Below, one piece after another: positions 12,049 through 25,148 of a stretch of DNA of 64,000 nucleotides (within the stretch, counting starts at the first letter, position 1; the number at the start of each line of letters is the position of its first letter). The notes beneath the pieces were generated by a model, which saw only the letters and a program-made list of their open reading frames with translations, made no database searches and had not been told where the DNA came from. The position numbers were made by a program, and so were the translations under genes. The DNA is from Eledone cirrhosa (taxonomy: Eukaryota), in assembly GCA_964016885.1 (NCBI GenBank), contig OZ024742.1, forward strand, positions 103,850,001 through 103,914,000, in the 5' to 3' direction.

Positions 12049-14152
12049 ATACCCTTCCTATCACCAATTGTGGCACCAGCACTAGAGAAGTTGTCATGTC
12101 TTTGTCACAAGTAAGGAGTCCTCGCAACCCTTTGTTTGGCATGTTTTCTATGAATGAGTTCTCTTCCTATCACCAGCAACTTTACAGAGTGTACTGGGTG
12201 TATTTTATCATGGCACCAGCACTAGAGAGGGTATCGTATGGTTTCTACAGCAGGATGACAAGAAATGAAATATTTGTTATTGACTGATATTTTTTATCAA
12301 CATGGCATACCATATTTCTAATTAGTTAAAGCTATTATTGCTAATATATTTAATACATAGAATAATAAAAACCTATTACATTTCACTATCTGACCATAAA
12401 CCTCTTAAGTACATACCATAAAAGCCTAATCTATTGGCTCACACTGCAGTATTTATCTCTACTACCAAGTTATTTCTATTATATCATTATGACTCATTAT
12501 TCAACTAACTTGCTTAAACTTCTTTATTATTCCTTCTAGTTAGCTACTGTGATGATCTCCCCACTATGATGAAAAATGTATCAGCTTCCTGTCTTCTATA
12601 ATCTCACAGTTGATTATGCTCTCTATAGAATGGGAAATACATTTTCTTTAAACGAAAACTTTCCATCAGTGCTGGATTAAGCATTAACGCACATGTAGAC
12701 ACACTGCAGGAGAAGGGCATACTTAGGTGTATTTTCATCCAAACTTCTGCAATACTTTTAGGATAGGGGATACAGGTACTATGTGCAATACTTTCTCAAA
12801 GAAAGAAGGATGCAAGCATATATTGTTTGAAATGTTTGATGAGAAGTTGATTCTAAAAAGAATTCCTATAATTAATCAGTGCCCACGATCTTTACCTCAC
12901 ACAAAATAATAAGACTGAAGCAACTAATACTCAGCCTAAGACAATGTCTGAAGGAAAAACATGGAGCAGGGAGAAACCTGCTCTGATCTTAATGCTTGCA
13001 ACAGAGTGAACAGCATATATGAAAAGAAAGTTCACACCCAAAACATTCAAATGATATATAACTGTCCACAGAAAAAATGTATTTTGACATGAAAATGATC
13101 AAGCAAAAAGTGGATTTCTGTGTGGTTAAACTGTGCTTGTTGCCCCTTCTTGGAACTCTACTGTGATAACTAACTAAAGGTGCTCTAAAAGCAGCTGTTG
13201 TTAGAGGATAGTAAAAACAGTAGGAAGACCCTTTGTTTGAGAAGTTTTCTATTTCAGAGTGTACTAGGTATGTTTTATTGTGTCACCAACACTAGACAGG
13301 TTGTTGGGCCCTTGACGCAACTGAAGGGTCCTCTCGACTCTCTGTTAGGTGTGATCTACATCCAAACAATACAGGGCTTTTTTACCACCTTCTTTGCAGA
13401 AAACTAATGGCCAACAAAGAAGCCTCTACATAGACACTCAACCTTCTAGAAATAACGGTAAAATATCCTTCAAATCACTACTGTAATCTTACTATGTAGT
13501 CTTATTAACACTATGTCTGAAAAAAGAGCAAGTGGTCACAGCTGGAACACTTTTGATCATGCCTCTGATGGCTGAAGGCAGACTTGGGATTAATTAACAA
13601 GTATTAATGGCCAAAAGCAGCTCTCTTCTCTTCTAATTAAACACAAAATATAAACAAAGAGATTTTTCTAAGAAACTAAAACCCTGAATAGCCATAGAAT
13701 GTTACTAATTATAAAGTTAAATCAAAATATTTTTGTATCATTTAAAAGGAAACACTAGCTAACATGTCTTGTGTATTTTTCTACTGAAATCTAGTAGTTA
13801 AAGTAGAAAATAGATTAATATTAGGTTACTAAACATAAACATGCCAGATAGATAAACAACAAATTCCTTCAGAATCTTGGTTGAATATAGAAATTAAAAT
13901 TTGAAAAACATAACCTTCTACTATCTCTGATGAGGACTATATATTAATGTTTAATGTTTCCCTAAGTTTCAGAGTCAATAAAATGAAGCAACAGTCAAGT
14001 ACTGGAGTCAAGTGTCCCTTCTCACATAATTTCTGGCTTTGTACCTATGCTAGAAACAATTATTTATGGTATATGTCACTCTTTACATTCCGAGTTCAAA
14101 TCCCTTATTAAGGTTGAATTTGCCTTTCATCCTTCTGGAGTCAATAAAATAA

Positions 14153-14363
14153 TTTACATTATTCTATATTTACTAATGTATTTTCACAAATAGGCTTTAC
14201 CTCACATAATTATGTCACATAATATCAAATCTACAAGATTTTGATATTTATTTTGAGAACAATACCATTACATCAGTATGAGTGGCCAGTTACGGCCAGT
14301 TTGAACAGAAAGAGGTGTGAGCATTCTGGCTGGATATAGCTGGTTTAAATGCTAAAGGGTTAA
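14153..14363. mobile_element. piggyBac-type MITE family B, left end eroded
   Basis: Ends AAATGCTAAAGGG|TTAA. Internal CATCAGTATGAGTGGCCAGTTACGGCC is shared with 19325-19526 and 52963-53173. Confidence 0.75.
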
Positions 14364-15914
14364 TCAACTAATCCCCCCACCCACCCCTTGCCCCCAAATT
14401 GTTAATCTTCTGCCAATATTAGAATTAATAATTAATGCTGGTGTAGATGTTTGCTATGAACAGATGTCTGTAACAATTCCAGACATCTTGATTTTGCTAA
14501 TATTTACCCAATGGAAAAATAAAATGACACTCAAATGTCCTGAAGCAAGCAAAGGGTTTTAGAACATCTGAATGTCCACCCCATTACCTTGGGATGGAAA
14601 AATAAAGTTTATCTTAAGCTTATTTTGCAAACATTGTTGTAGAGCATTGCTCAAGCTTGTAAAGGTGAATTGTTGATGGAAGGGATTTTTATTATTGAAT
14701 TGGTCAGCAGTGAAGGGACTTCCCATTAAGCAGCTAACAAGACCAGGACTTTAGGGACAGATCGTTCCTCCTTACTTTGTAAATGTTTGTTTGTCACACA
14801 ATAAACAACAGTTCAACAAAACAGTTTGTAGTTATTTTTAAGTATAGCTTTACTAAAGTTATATTATTGTTTACTCGTAATCTAATAAGGCTTCTCCGAG
14901 AGCGGGAAGAGGTGCTAGCCACAAAAGTGGCAGCACTGTAAACTGACTGAGAAAGTGAAGAATAGAAAGGTAAAAAAAAGATATTTCTATGCCAGTATAT
15001 GAAGAAAACATTGCAAGTGAAGGACATAAACCATTTCAAACAATCTGAGCTTCAATAATTTCAAAGGAAATCTTTCTTGCAACCTTTCCTTGTTTAAGGC
15101 TCAAGAATAATAAAATCCCAGTTGTTGCTTAACAAGTTAACTTTGATTAAGTAGAAATATGATGATGTTCCAGTCATGGCCATTCCCTCTTTTTTACAGA
15201 CATAGTGCATCTAACTACATTATAAGTTCTTCATCATTTTAAAGACAATAGAGTGTGATTTGAAGGAGATTTGGCTGCTGTTTCTAGCAAATTATCTAAT
15301 CGTGTAGAGGCTCACTCATTGGCTCTCAAAACAGTATATAATGTCCATGATTAGACTCATCATTCTATGTAACTTTATCAGCATTCTACAGCCTTCTAGC
15401 AAAACTTCAGTCATTTTTCATGAAAGATAAACGAATTGTGATTTTACTAGAGCCAATCAACCAAAGAACAGAGACACCTTTTACGAGATAATACAAGATA
15501 TAACAAAGTACCAGTCAATTATTCCTCTATATCTCTTTCTCACTTCCTTTCCCCCATTCTATCTTACTCTGGAAGAAATCTGCTGTATTCAGACTAGGAG
15601 AGGAGATGGGCTCTGTAAGGTTTTAAAATGTCCTAAAAACACTATTTCAATACAACACCCCCTACGATTCCCTCAGGAGTTACAGATTCATAAATACGTA
15701 AACTAAAGCCAATATTAGATGGGGCAAACTATTGAGAGATCAGCAACTTGTCCGGAGGGAAATTTATTTCAACCACATATTTAGTTTTTTTATTATTCTA
15801 TGATTGGGTTTTATGAACAATAATATCATTGGTTTAAAATGTTCAACTGGTCACAGACTGGTTCACTGCTTTTACAATGATGATAGTGTCAAAGGACCAT
15901 CTGTACAATTTCTA

Positions 15915-16208
15915 AAAAGTCTAAAGTCTGTCTCAAGCTAGGGGCTTGTCAGGCTGGCGTGTATCTCGGTTTTGTGGTGTGAAGCGACTTACAATACAAA
16001 ACTCCCACATGGACAGGACACCAGTCCATTACAGGGTTAAACCCCCAGCTGTTGCTGGTACTCATTTTCAGCTGAGTGTACTGAAGCAATGTAAAATAAA
16101 GTGTTTTGTTTTGCTCAAGAACACAACACACAATCCAGCCAAGGAATTGAACCTACAACATTATGATCGTAAGTTCAATACACTTACCACTAGGCTACAT
16201 GCCTCCAC
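15915..16208 (-). mobile_element. tRNA-headed Nin/Deu-type SINE
   Basis: Minus strand: TAGCCTAGTGG A box, GGTTCAATTCC B box, TTGAGCAA...CACTTTATTTTACATTGCT..CACTCAGCTG core, then AACCCTGTAATGGACTGG...AGTCGCTTCA tail. Confidence 0.75.
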
Positions 16209-16436
16209 ATCTGTACAATGATTTCTAATTTAGGCACAAGGCCAGCAATTTGGTGGCAACAGGAAACCAGTACTTGACTGTACTTTAATTTATTAACCTC
16301 ATTCGACACTAACAATTCTGCAATCCACCAACCTTTGAGTAAAATAAATAATGGTTTCTAATTTAGGCACATGGCCTGCAATTTAAATGGAGGGGAAAGT
16401 CGATTTTTATCAACTCAGTACTTGACCAGTAATACA

Positions 16437-16625
16437 CATTAACATTACACATTCAGCAGAGCACACTTGCCTCACTTCTATCCACTTATATCCTCCACAT
16501 TTAATGCCATGTTTCACAACAATGCAACATTACACTTCATACACAATCATCATACAATCTGCCCTTCACTCAGAGAAAGAATCCCATTGTTACCAATAGA
16601 GGAAATAGTTACCTGAAATTTTATA
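16437..16625 (-). mobile_element. Old RTE RT fragment
   Basis: Reverse complement resembles the FRELLPLL...VKGRLYD.CV..VML region. Confidence 0.6.
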
Positions 16626-18199
16626 AAAGATGTATAAAGATGGGTATATTTTATGGTGCTTACAAATCACACTACTTCTTTGACCATTGCATTATATAAT
16701 CAGTCCACTAATTCAATGTCAGTCAGAAAAACCAAACGTTTTTTTTTAAGCTAATGCTGACAAGATTTGAACTCAAAAACCTTGATACTAACAGCAATGC
16801 TACTATTTCTAAGTCATTATCCTGTCATGTTCACAATATAAACAATGAGGTTTTATTTTAATCGTATTTACCAAAAGCTTTTCCAAAATATAAACACCTT
16901 GTCTCTATTAACATAAGCACTGTCTTGACACTAAAAACTGGCTCTTTGGATTTAACTGTAACCTTTATCCTAGCACAGAAAAATATGGCTAAGTGAAGAA
17001 GTGATAAACAGCTAATTAACATCTTTATCTCTGAATAACAATAAATATATGAGAAGGTAGCTGGACAATTACTGACTTCCACCAAATCCAATTTAGAATG
17101 GGATATTTAAATGGAAAGAAAGAAAATGAAAATTTCCCACTCACATTTTATGATACTCTGTACGTAAGAGCAAGTGTTAACTCTCTTCTAAAATTACAAG
17201 GACAAACTCTTTAACCATTTAGTTATTATTTGGTGGAAATCTGGAGATCTCAGAAATGGTCTGTAATGTTATTTAATCTTTTCTTTTTCACAAAAAAAAA
17301 AAAAAAATAATAATAACCATTTGGAGGAAATCCAAAAATTGAGACTAAACTATTTCCATACCCAACTTTCTGAAATCCTCCTCAAGGTCAATTTAGTCTT
17401 TTATTTCATTAAAAACAGAAGGCCCCTCTACTACAACTGGTACTTCTCAAATTTCGTTCTAAAGACGTTCACCCATATAATGGCATCATCAAATGCTGCT
17501 TCAGAAAACATCAGATGTTTAAACATTTGATGCTTTAGATGTTTAAACTAGCCATATAGTTTAGATAAGAGTAGAGGATATTTATTGCCCCATAACAGCT
17601 GCTGCTGCTGTGGCTTCAAAACAAAAATGTCAGAAATAGAAAACCAAAAATCTCACAATATATTGGATGCCACTCACTTGCCAGGTCTTCACATTCTGGT
17701 ACTAAAAAATTCAATTTTTACTCTAGAAGCCTAATTTAAGTAAAAAGGAAGGCCCTGAGGAAATTTGCAAACATTCTTGTTGGGAATCTATCATATATGG
17801 TTTCAAAGAACTGGTCTTCAGTAACAGGGTTAATAGTGATTTCTTACATTGGTACAGTAACACAAGTATAGCTAGGACAAGCAAAGCAAAGTTGATGATT
17901 AAACTGATTACCAATATTTTACTGGGACTTATTTTATTGACTCTAGAAGAAATGAATACAAGGTTGGCCTTTCAAGTACAAAATGTTCAGAAAGGGGATT
18001 ATTTTGCAGTGAGGAAGAAAAGAAGTCTAAAGTTTCAGGAACATCCCATTATTAGAGAAAGATGCAACGTTTACTAGTAGTACTGAATATCCCATTATCA
18101 GACAGAGATGAAATGTTTACTGTTAGTATGGAATACATACACACAAAATAGTTATAGTGAGAGAAAAGACTAAGTGATGCTAGTAAGATGGTCAAAGCA

Positions 18200-18998
18200 A
18201 AATGATAATCAACAAGGACAATGGCAAAATTGAAATGGAAGAGGAGGTTAGTATTAGAAGGGAAGACAATTGAGGAAGAGATAAACTAACAAAAACAAAA
18301 GTTTCAGTTAGCAGGAAAGAGAACAAGACTACTGTACTGCCATTGAAGTGGCTATGTCTGATTTGCTGAGGAGTAGGTAGGGATTGCATACAGTATACCC
18401 AAAGTAAACTGTGGATGTGCAAGAGGTGCACTGAGATTACAGACAGGCTGAAAGGGCTAAGAGAGAAGGAAGACTTTGTATGTGGCAGAAATACAAGAGT
18501 AGCTAGCAGCAAGATCACCCATGAAATTTCTTTAAAATGCTGGGAAAATTTGTGAGAAGTAATTGATAGTCTCATTACCTGGGTGACCTAATTAGCAGTA
18601 GAGGAGGGGCTCTGGAAACATGCTAGCTAGAGCAAGAACAGGATTGAAAACAATGAAGAGAATGAGAGGAAGCTAAAAAGAAATACATATCTGTACACAA
18701 TAGTAGTACATCTATTCATAATTACTACTGTATTTGATAGCCTATAAAGTGGTTGGTGATAAGAAAGAAATCCAACCATAAAGAACTTGCCAAAAAAAAG
18801 GATTGAGAGGATTCGTCAGTTGTGTCAAAGACAGGACAACCTCTGTAATGCTGATGCCACGATAAAATATACCCATTACATGTAAATGAATGAGGCCCCT
18901 GACCCGTCTGAAAAATCAGTGACTAACTTGGTCAATGACAACCCATCCAACCCTTGCTAGCAGGGAAAACTAATGTGAAATGATGATGATGATGATGA
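18200..18998 (+). mobile_element. Old decayed RTE (PHD-RT region plus 3' tail)
   Basis: ACAAAAACAAAAGTTTCAGTTAGCAGGAAA, GGAGTAGGTAG and TACCTGGGTGACCTAATTAGCAGT match the young copies. Ends CCCTTGCTAGCAGGGAAAA...(TGA)n. Confidence 0.75.
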
Positions 18999-19324
18999 TA
19001 TATGTATATGTGAGAGTGTGTGTGTGCATGTGTCTCCAATTATAACTTCATGTTGACACCACTTAAAAAGAAAAAGAAATCTGGAGATACATATAGCTAT
19101 AGAATACTGGCACAAAAAGGTCTCATCCATCCCATGCAAGTATGTAAAAAATGTAAAAAATTATGATAATAATAATGATGACAACAAGACATTCGATTAA
19201 ATTAAGACTTATACATGACTGGTAAAGGTTTTCAAGAACCTTCTACCCAACAAGAATGATGAAAGTCAAATGTTATCCCTGTTAAGATTTGAAATCAAAA
19301 CATGAAAGTGATGTAACTCCATAT

Positions 19325-19526
19325 TTAACCCTTTATTTACATTACTCTACATATACTACTGTATTTTTGTGGTAAAGGCATAATATCGAATCTATAAGAT
19401 TTTGATGTTATTTATTTTGAAAACAATACCTTAACATCAGTATGAGTGGCCAGTTACGGCCAATTTGAACAGAAAGAGGTGAGAGAAACTGGCCAGATAT
19501 GGCCAGTTTAAATGCTAAAAGGTTAA
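19325..19526. mobile_element. piggyBac-type MITE family B
   Basis: TTAA|CCCTTTA ... TGCTAAAAGG|TTAA. Confidence 0.8.
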
Positions 19527-20736
19527 AAGCATATTTTTTGGTTCTTTTTTAAATTTAATTTATTATCTAAATTATGATTATTGCCAATTATAGGTCCAAC
19601 TTCCTTTCTCTGTCAGTAATAGTTTGAAAAGTGCTTCATATATAAAATATTTCATAAGAATTATGTGTGTAGACACTATCTTGTTCGACTTAGATATTAA
19701 TTAGTTTTAGTGCTGGTTCTTAACAACTTAATCTTGTATCACTCCTCTGTAACATCCCTTTGCACTTAACAGAAATACCATCTAGGAAATCTTCATATCT
19801 TTGGAATTCCCTTCCTGTTTATTAGTAAGACTTACTGATAAACAAAGAACTTACTCTCTCTCTCTGTGCATTTTATGTGCAGAAGATTGCTGCAGTAAGG
19901 GGGTTGGTAACCCATGCCGTGTTAAAAGCATACATTATGCTCATTATGCTTTGTGACCAGGGCACTTAACCATCAAATGGCCCTGTGATAAATAATGCAG
20001 GGTAAAAATATAGCTTGTAACACAGCATTCATTGCAATTTGAACAGGGCACCAAGTTCACTCCTACATTGCTTTTCTCCTTTGGAGAAATTGTTTGTTTC
20101 TTATTTATGTCTATTCACATATCCAGCAACAATATATTCAATTGGTTCATCATATTGTAAATATAGTCCACATTCTACCTTTTAATCATATATTTCCCAT
20201 TGAAACAATGCACATGTGTATATATTTCCTCTGATTATCCCTTGTTAAAGCCTTGCTTTTTTGTTGTTTTTTTTTCTAGATGTATAATAACTATGTATGG
20301 CATTGATTAGAAAGAAATTCTATATGGAATGTCCAAGTCTTGATTGACTTTACTGCTGCTACTACTAATGGAAAAGAAAGATATCATCATGACATCTATC
20401 CCTTCATCATCAAATTTCAAGCCCTTACCAAGCAGAGTCCTTGACCTGGTTTGCATTCCAAACTGAAGTCATTTAACTTCTCTAATTTGTCTGTATCCAA
20501 TAAATTACAGGTCTTACGCCTATCTCTTTAAAAAAAAAAATCATTAATAGTATTTAGATTACAACTTCCTATATCACTTTCCCTAAAGACCCAGACAACA
20601 GAGCTATTTAAGAAACAAACATCCTCCATTAATCAACAAGGGAGTCTATGCAGTCACGCCATCTGTTAGTAATAACAGCTAAATTTAGCTAAAATCACAG
20701 CTTACAATCTTCAAAAAAGGATTTGACAGTGAATTC

Positions 20737-21183
20737 TTAACTCTTAAAGCCCTGTATCATATGAGACCAAATTAACAAGGCATTCTTGAAAACTACAAAA
20801 CAGCAATGTGGCTGTATCACATTAAAGATTCAAGTCTTTACTCTAAAACTGCACATTTTCACAACAATCTGTACACTAATTAAGATACTATAAACATTTG
20901 AATTAACAAACTTGTTTTTAACTCTTGATAACAACCAGCCCAAAACAACTTCTGGTACTATGAAAACAAAGCCACCCATTTCAAAGGGTTTCTATATAAA
21001 GTATAACCTTCCAACATAATTTTACTTTTGTTAAGTTACAAATACCATCTTAATAATGAAATAATAACTAGTAAATCCCTCAAAAATCTTCAATAACTAA
21101 TCCAAATACAGTGAATTTCATTAGATACGTGGTAATGAAAACAAATATTTTCTGCTAAATCATTACAGGATGTTAAAAATTAA
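20737..21183. mobile_element. piggyBac-type MITE family C containing a nested family A copy (about 20918-21141)
   Basis: TTAA|CTCTTAA start. AAGATACTATAAACATTTGAATTAACAAAC and ATATTTTCTGCTAAAT, adjacent in the 61224-61417 copy, are split here by family A sequence. Confidence 0.65.
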
Positions 21184-21399
21184 TATATAAAAAGATGGGA
21201 CAGTCAAAGGTAGAAAACTACTGATCATAAGTCTGCTCAATCATGGTTGACCTTGAACACCCAGTTTTACATTTATGAATTCTAAATGAAACTTTTAGAA
21301 CGTTTTTTACAGATCGTAGCATTTGTGTGTCAGACAGACAAAAAGGCTATACAATTATTATAATATAGATTATTTTAAAGCACTGAGTCTACTCGGTAA

Positions 21400-21660
21400 G
21401 GTGTTAGTGCTGGTACCACAACAAAAAGCACCCAGCCCACCCTGTGGGGGTGGTAATGCCAGTCACAATAAAATGCTCCCAGTACATGCTGTAAAGTGGG
21501 TGGCATTAGGAAGGACACCCAGTAAAAAAAAAAAAACAAGTGAAAAATGGATCATATGAATAAGACAGTCACCTGACCTGGCCTATCTGGCCTCATAACA
21601 TGACCACCCATCTAAACCATGCAACCATGGAAAATAGACATTAAATGATAATGATGATGA
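21400..21660 (+). mobile_element. RTE 3' UTR fragment
   Basis: CCACAACAAAAAGCACCCAG unit, TTAGGAAGG and CCATGCAACCATGGAAAA...(TGA)n. Similar fragments at about 40220-40432, 49490-49740, 61500-61645(-) and 62100-62325. Confidence 0.75.
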
Positions 21661-21888
21661 CACACTGCCTAAGATACAATTCCATATTTGACTTCCATCC
21701 AATTGTTAATAAGAGGCTAAGCTAAGTACTAGTAACATATTGGTCTCACTTCAATAAATTCTGCCCCGTTCCATCCAGTACTAGTCTTGTTGTCTAATCA
21801 GAGACAACACAGTTAATATACATACTGCATTATGTGAAGTATTTGAAAAACTAACAATTTACAATTAAGTGGAGGGTGAGGATAGTCA

Positions 21889-22089
<201 letters not shown>

Positions 22090-22255
22090 TTAATGCAGAT
22101 AACTACAATAATAGTTGATCCCTATAAATGCAAAAGTTGAAAAACAAATTGAGTAAAGCATCCTGAGGCATCCCTGTTCACTTTTTTTGGCATCCAAAAG
22201 TGCAATACCAGATATTTTCAACTATTGTTGACAGTTATTATTATTAACTATTATT

Positions 22256-22380
22256 TACGATCTGAGTTCAAATCCCGCCAAAGTGGACTTTGCCTTTCAT
22301 CCTTACGGGGTCGATAAAATAAAGTACCAGTAATGCACTGGGTAGTATTTGCTGGCCTTGTGCCTAAAGTAGAAACAATT
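22256..22380 (+). mobile_element. 5'-truncated young S1 SINE
   Basis: TSD ATTATTAACTATTATT at 22240-22255 and 22381-22396. Confidence 0.92.
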
Positions 22381-22411
22381 ATTATTAACTATTATTATAG
22401 TTATTTGCATT

Positions 22412-23910
22412 GGAGTAATCTGGTGGGCTCTTAGAAAACTAGGAGTAGATGAATGGCTTGTGAAAGCGGTACAAGCCATGTATAGGGGAGCAGTCAGCAA
22501 AGTTAGGATTGGCAATGAGTATAGCGAGGAATTTAGCGTACAGGTTGGGGTCCACCAGGGCTCTGTTCTTAGCCCTCTCCTGTTCATCATAGTCCTGCAG
22601 GCAATAACGGAGGAGTTTAAGACCGGATGCCCATGGGAACTCCTGTATGCTGATGACCTCGCACTCATAGCTGAATCTATGGTAGAACTAGAGAATAAAT
22701 TCCAAACCTGGAAGCAGGGACTAGAGAGAAAGGGCCTCAAAGTCAACATGACAAAGACTAAGGTCCTTATAAGTAGACGAGAAAACAGAACCCAGATCCC
22801 CTCAGGGAAATGGCCTTGCTCAGTATGTAGGAAAGGTGTAGGTAGGAACTCCATTCTTTGCCCCAAATGCAAACAATGGGTACACAAGAGATGTAGCGGG
22901 ATCTCAGGAAGCTTAATTAAGAATGTAGGATTCACATGCAGCAGCTGTGCTGAAACAGCAAGCAAACAGCCACAGGAAACAAGTACCACCAATCTCTGGG
23001 AGGGCCCTGTAGAAACAGTAGACAGCTTCTGCTACCTAGGTGACCGAATTAGCAACGGAGGTGGGTGCTCAGAAAGTACAATAACTAGGGTAAGAACGGG
23101 ATGGAAGAAGTTTAGGGAACTACTACCACTGCTAGCTGCAAAAGGCTTCTCCCTCAGAATGAAAGGCAGACTGTATGATGCGTGTATCCGAACAGCGATG
23201 TTGCATGGTAGTGAGACCTGGGCGCTGAAGGTGGAAGACTTACGTAGATTAGAGAGAAACGAAGCCTGCATGCTCCGATGGATGTGTAACAGTAATATAC
23301 GTGAACGACAAAGCATAAATGAATTGAGAGAGAGACTGAGCATAAGAGGAATCAAATGCTGCGTGCAGGAGAGGCGGTTACGCTGGTATGTACATGTGAT
23401 GCGTATGAAGGATGACAGCTGCATAAAAAGGTGCAGAGCACTAGAAGTTGATGGAAACCGCGGAGTGGGGAGACCCAAGATGACTTGGGATGAGGTGATA
23501 AAAGCCGACTTTACCCAACTACACCTCTCAAAGTCAATGACACACGACCGTGACCTCTGGCGTCACGCAGTAATACAGGGTACCCGACCTCCCATGGGTA
23601 CATGCTGAAGCATATAAACAATATGCCCCCCCCCCCCACCGCAAGGTGGTCGTGGAGGTGCCACGGCAAAAAAGCACCCAGCCCACACTGTAAAGTGGAC
23701 GTGTAGGCGCCACGAAAAAGCACCCAGCACTCACTGTAAATGAGGTTGGTGTTAGGAAGGGCATCCAGCTGTAGAAATCAAGCCAGATCAGTTCCTGTAT
23801 GAGCAAGGCATGGTCAGCCGACCAGACACTGCCCACAACAGGACAACCCGTCTAACCCATGCTAGCGTGGAAGAACGGACGTAAAACGGTGATGATGATG
23901 ATGATGATGA
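22412..23910 (+). mobile_element. 5'-truncated RTE LINE, subfamily 2, with uninterrupted RT C-terminal frame
   Basis: VIWWALRKLGV..., GVHQGSVLSPLLF, LLYADD, PHD, FCYLG, stop at 23608. (GAT)n tail. TSD ATTGGAG at 22409-22415 and 23910-23916. Confidence 0.95.
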
Positions 23911-24989
23911 TTGGAGCATTTCGCTAGAGATAGATTAGCAAAATTTAATAAGTGTGTGTGTGTGTGTGTGTGTGTTGGGGGGGGGGGGGGGCATTATTCC
24001 AGACCCAAGAGTACACTCCCATTACCAAAACCAATCTGTTGCGCACATTTGCCTGCCATTCATTCCCACAACTTGAATGTTTTCCCTATATATGCTTTCC
24101 ATACATACAACTTGCGAAATGATAAAACTAAACACCAGCTTCAATGATCTTATCTGTCTGGGAAAGCTTGCAAAGGGTTATGGCCACAGCACCTTTTCTA
24201 TAGACTAAATATTTGTTGTTGTTGTTTTTTTAATAGTTATGACACACACAATTTCCTTTGACTTCGGTCAACAAATCTAGCGGATCAGACAGAATCACTC
24301 CTGGGGAGAAAATCAGAGGAAAGTTAAGTTAGTTTGATACTATTTTATAATGTTGCTCGAACTTTCATATTAAACTATTACTATAAATAGAATAGAACTA
24401 TAATTATAAAAATGTGTGTCAGAGATATATGACTGAACATATGTAGCATGTTAAGTGTTTGATATCTTTGAACATGTGTAGTAACAGTGCACGCAGTACT
24501 GGTGTTGTGTGTGTGCAACATATATGATGCATTTGCTTGTTAGGAGTGTCTTTATATGACATATATATCAGCATGTATTCCAGTTGTTCAAACAACGAAA
24601 TGGCGTGCTCATTAAATTAATACTCAGCTACTTAGCTGAATATTCCACAAACACGTACACCTAACCCTTTAGTTACCATATTACTTATAAAAGACACTGC
24701 TTATGATTTTCAAATAATTTTGAAAATAATCAAGAATTTGAATAGTTTTAGTAGTATATGTAAATTTTTCTTTATTAAGCTAGTTTTTTTTTTAAGCTAA
24801 ACTTAAAGGTACATAAAATTATGACAGAAGGTTTCTAAATAAATATTAACACTTAAAAAACAACAACAACAGTTTTGTATCATAGGTCCAAGAGCAATTT
24901 CAATAGGGTTAATGTAATTTTCAGAAATTCATCATGGCTGGGTGTGACATAACTGGCCATGATGAATTTCAGGAACAGCGCATTTGGAA

Positions 24990-25148
24990 GGTTTCCAAAC
25001 AGTTTCCATCTGTCCAATTTGGTTTAAAAGGGCTGAGTTGACCTGAGGCTATGTTAAAAGACACTTGCCAAAGGTTACTACACTGTGGGATCAAACATGG
25101 AAACTCATGACTACAAAGTGAACTTCCTAATCATTCAGCCATGCTCCA
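24990..25148 (-). mobile_element. Decayed CORE/MIR-like SINE
   Basis: AAGACACTTGCCAAAGGT...GTGGGATCAAAC...CTAATCATTCAGCCAT reads as a reversed tRNA head plus CORE. Similar copy at about 43255-43390. Confidence 0.55.

Noticed and set aside
17678-17705. Possible 24-nt in-frame micro-exon downstream of the ROCK exon
   Set aside because: Short pyrimidine tract and no similarity to ROCK. Unsupported without RNA data.
22303-23478. Antisense ORFs over the LINEs and maT
   Set aside because: Shadow frames of TE coding sequence.
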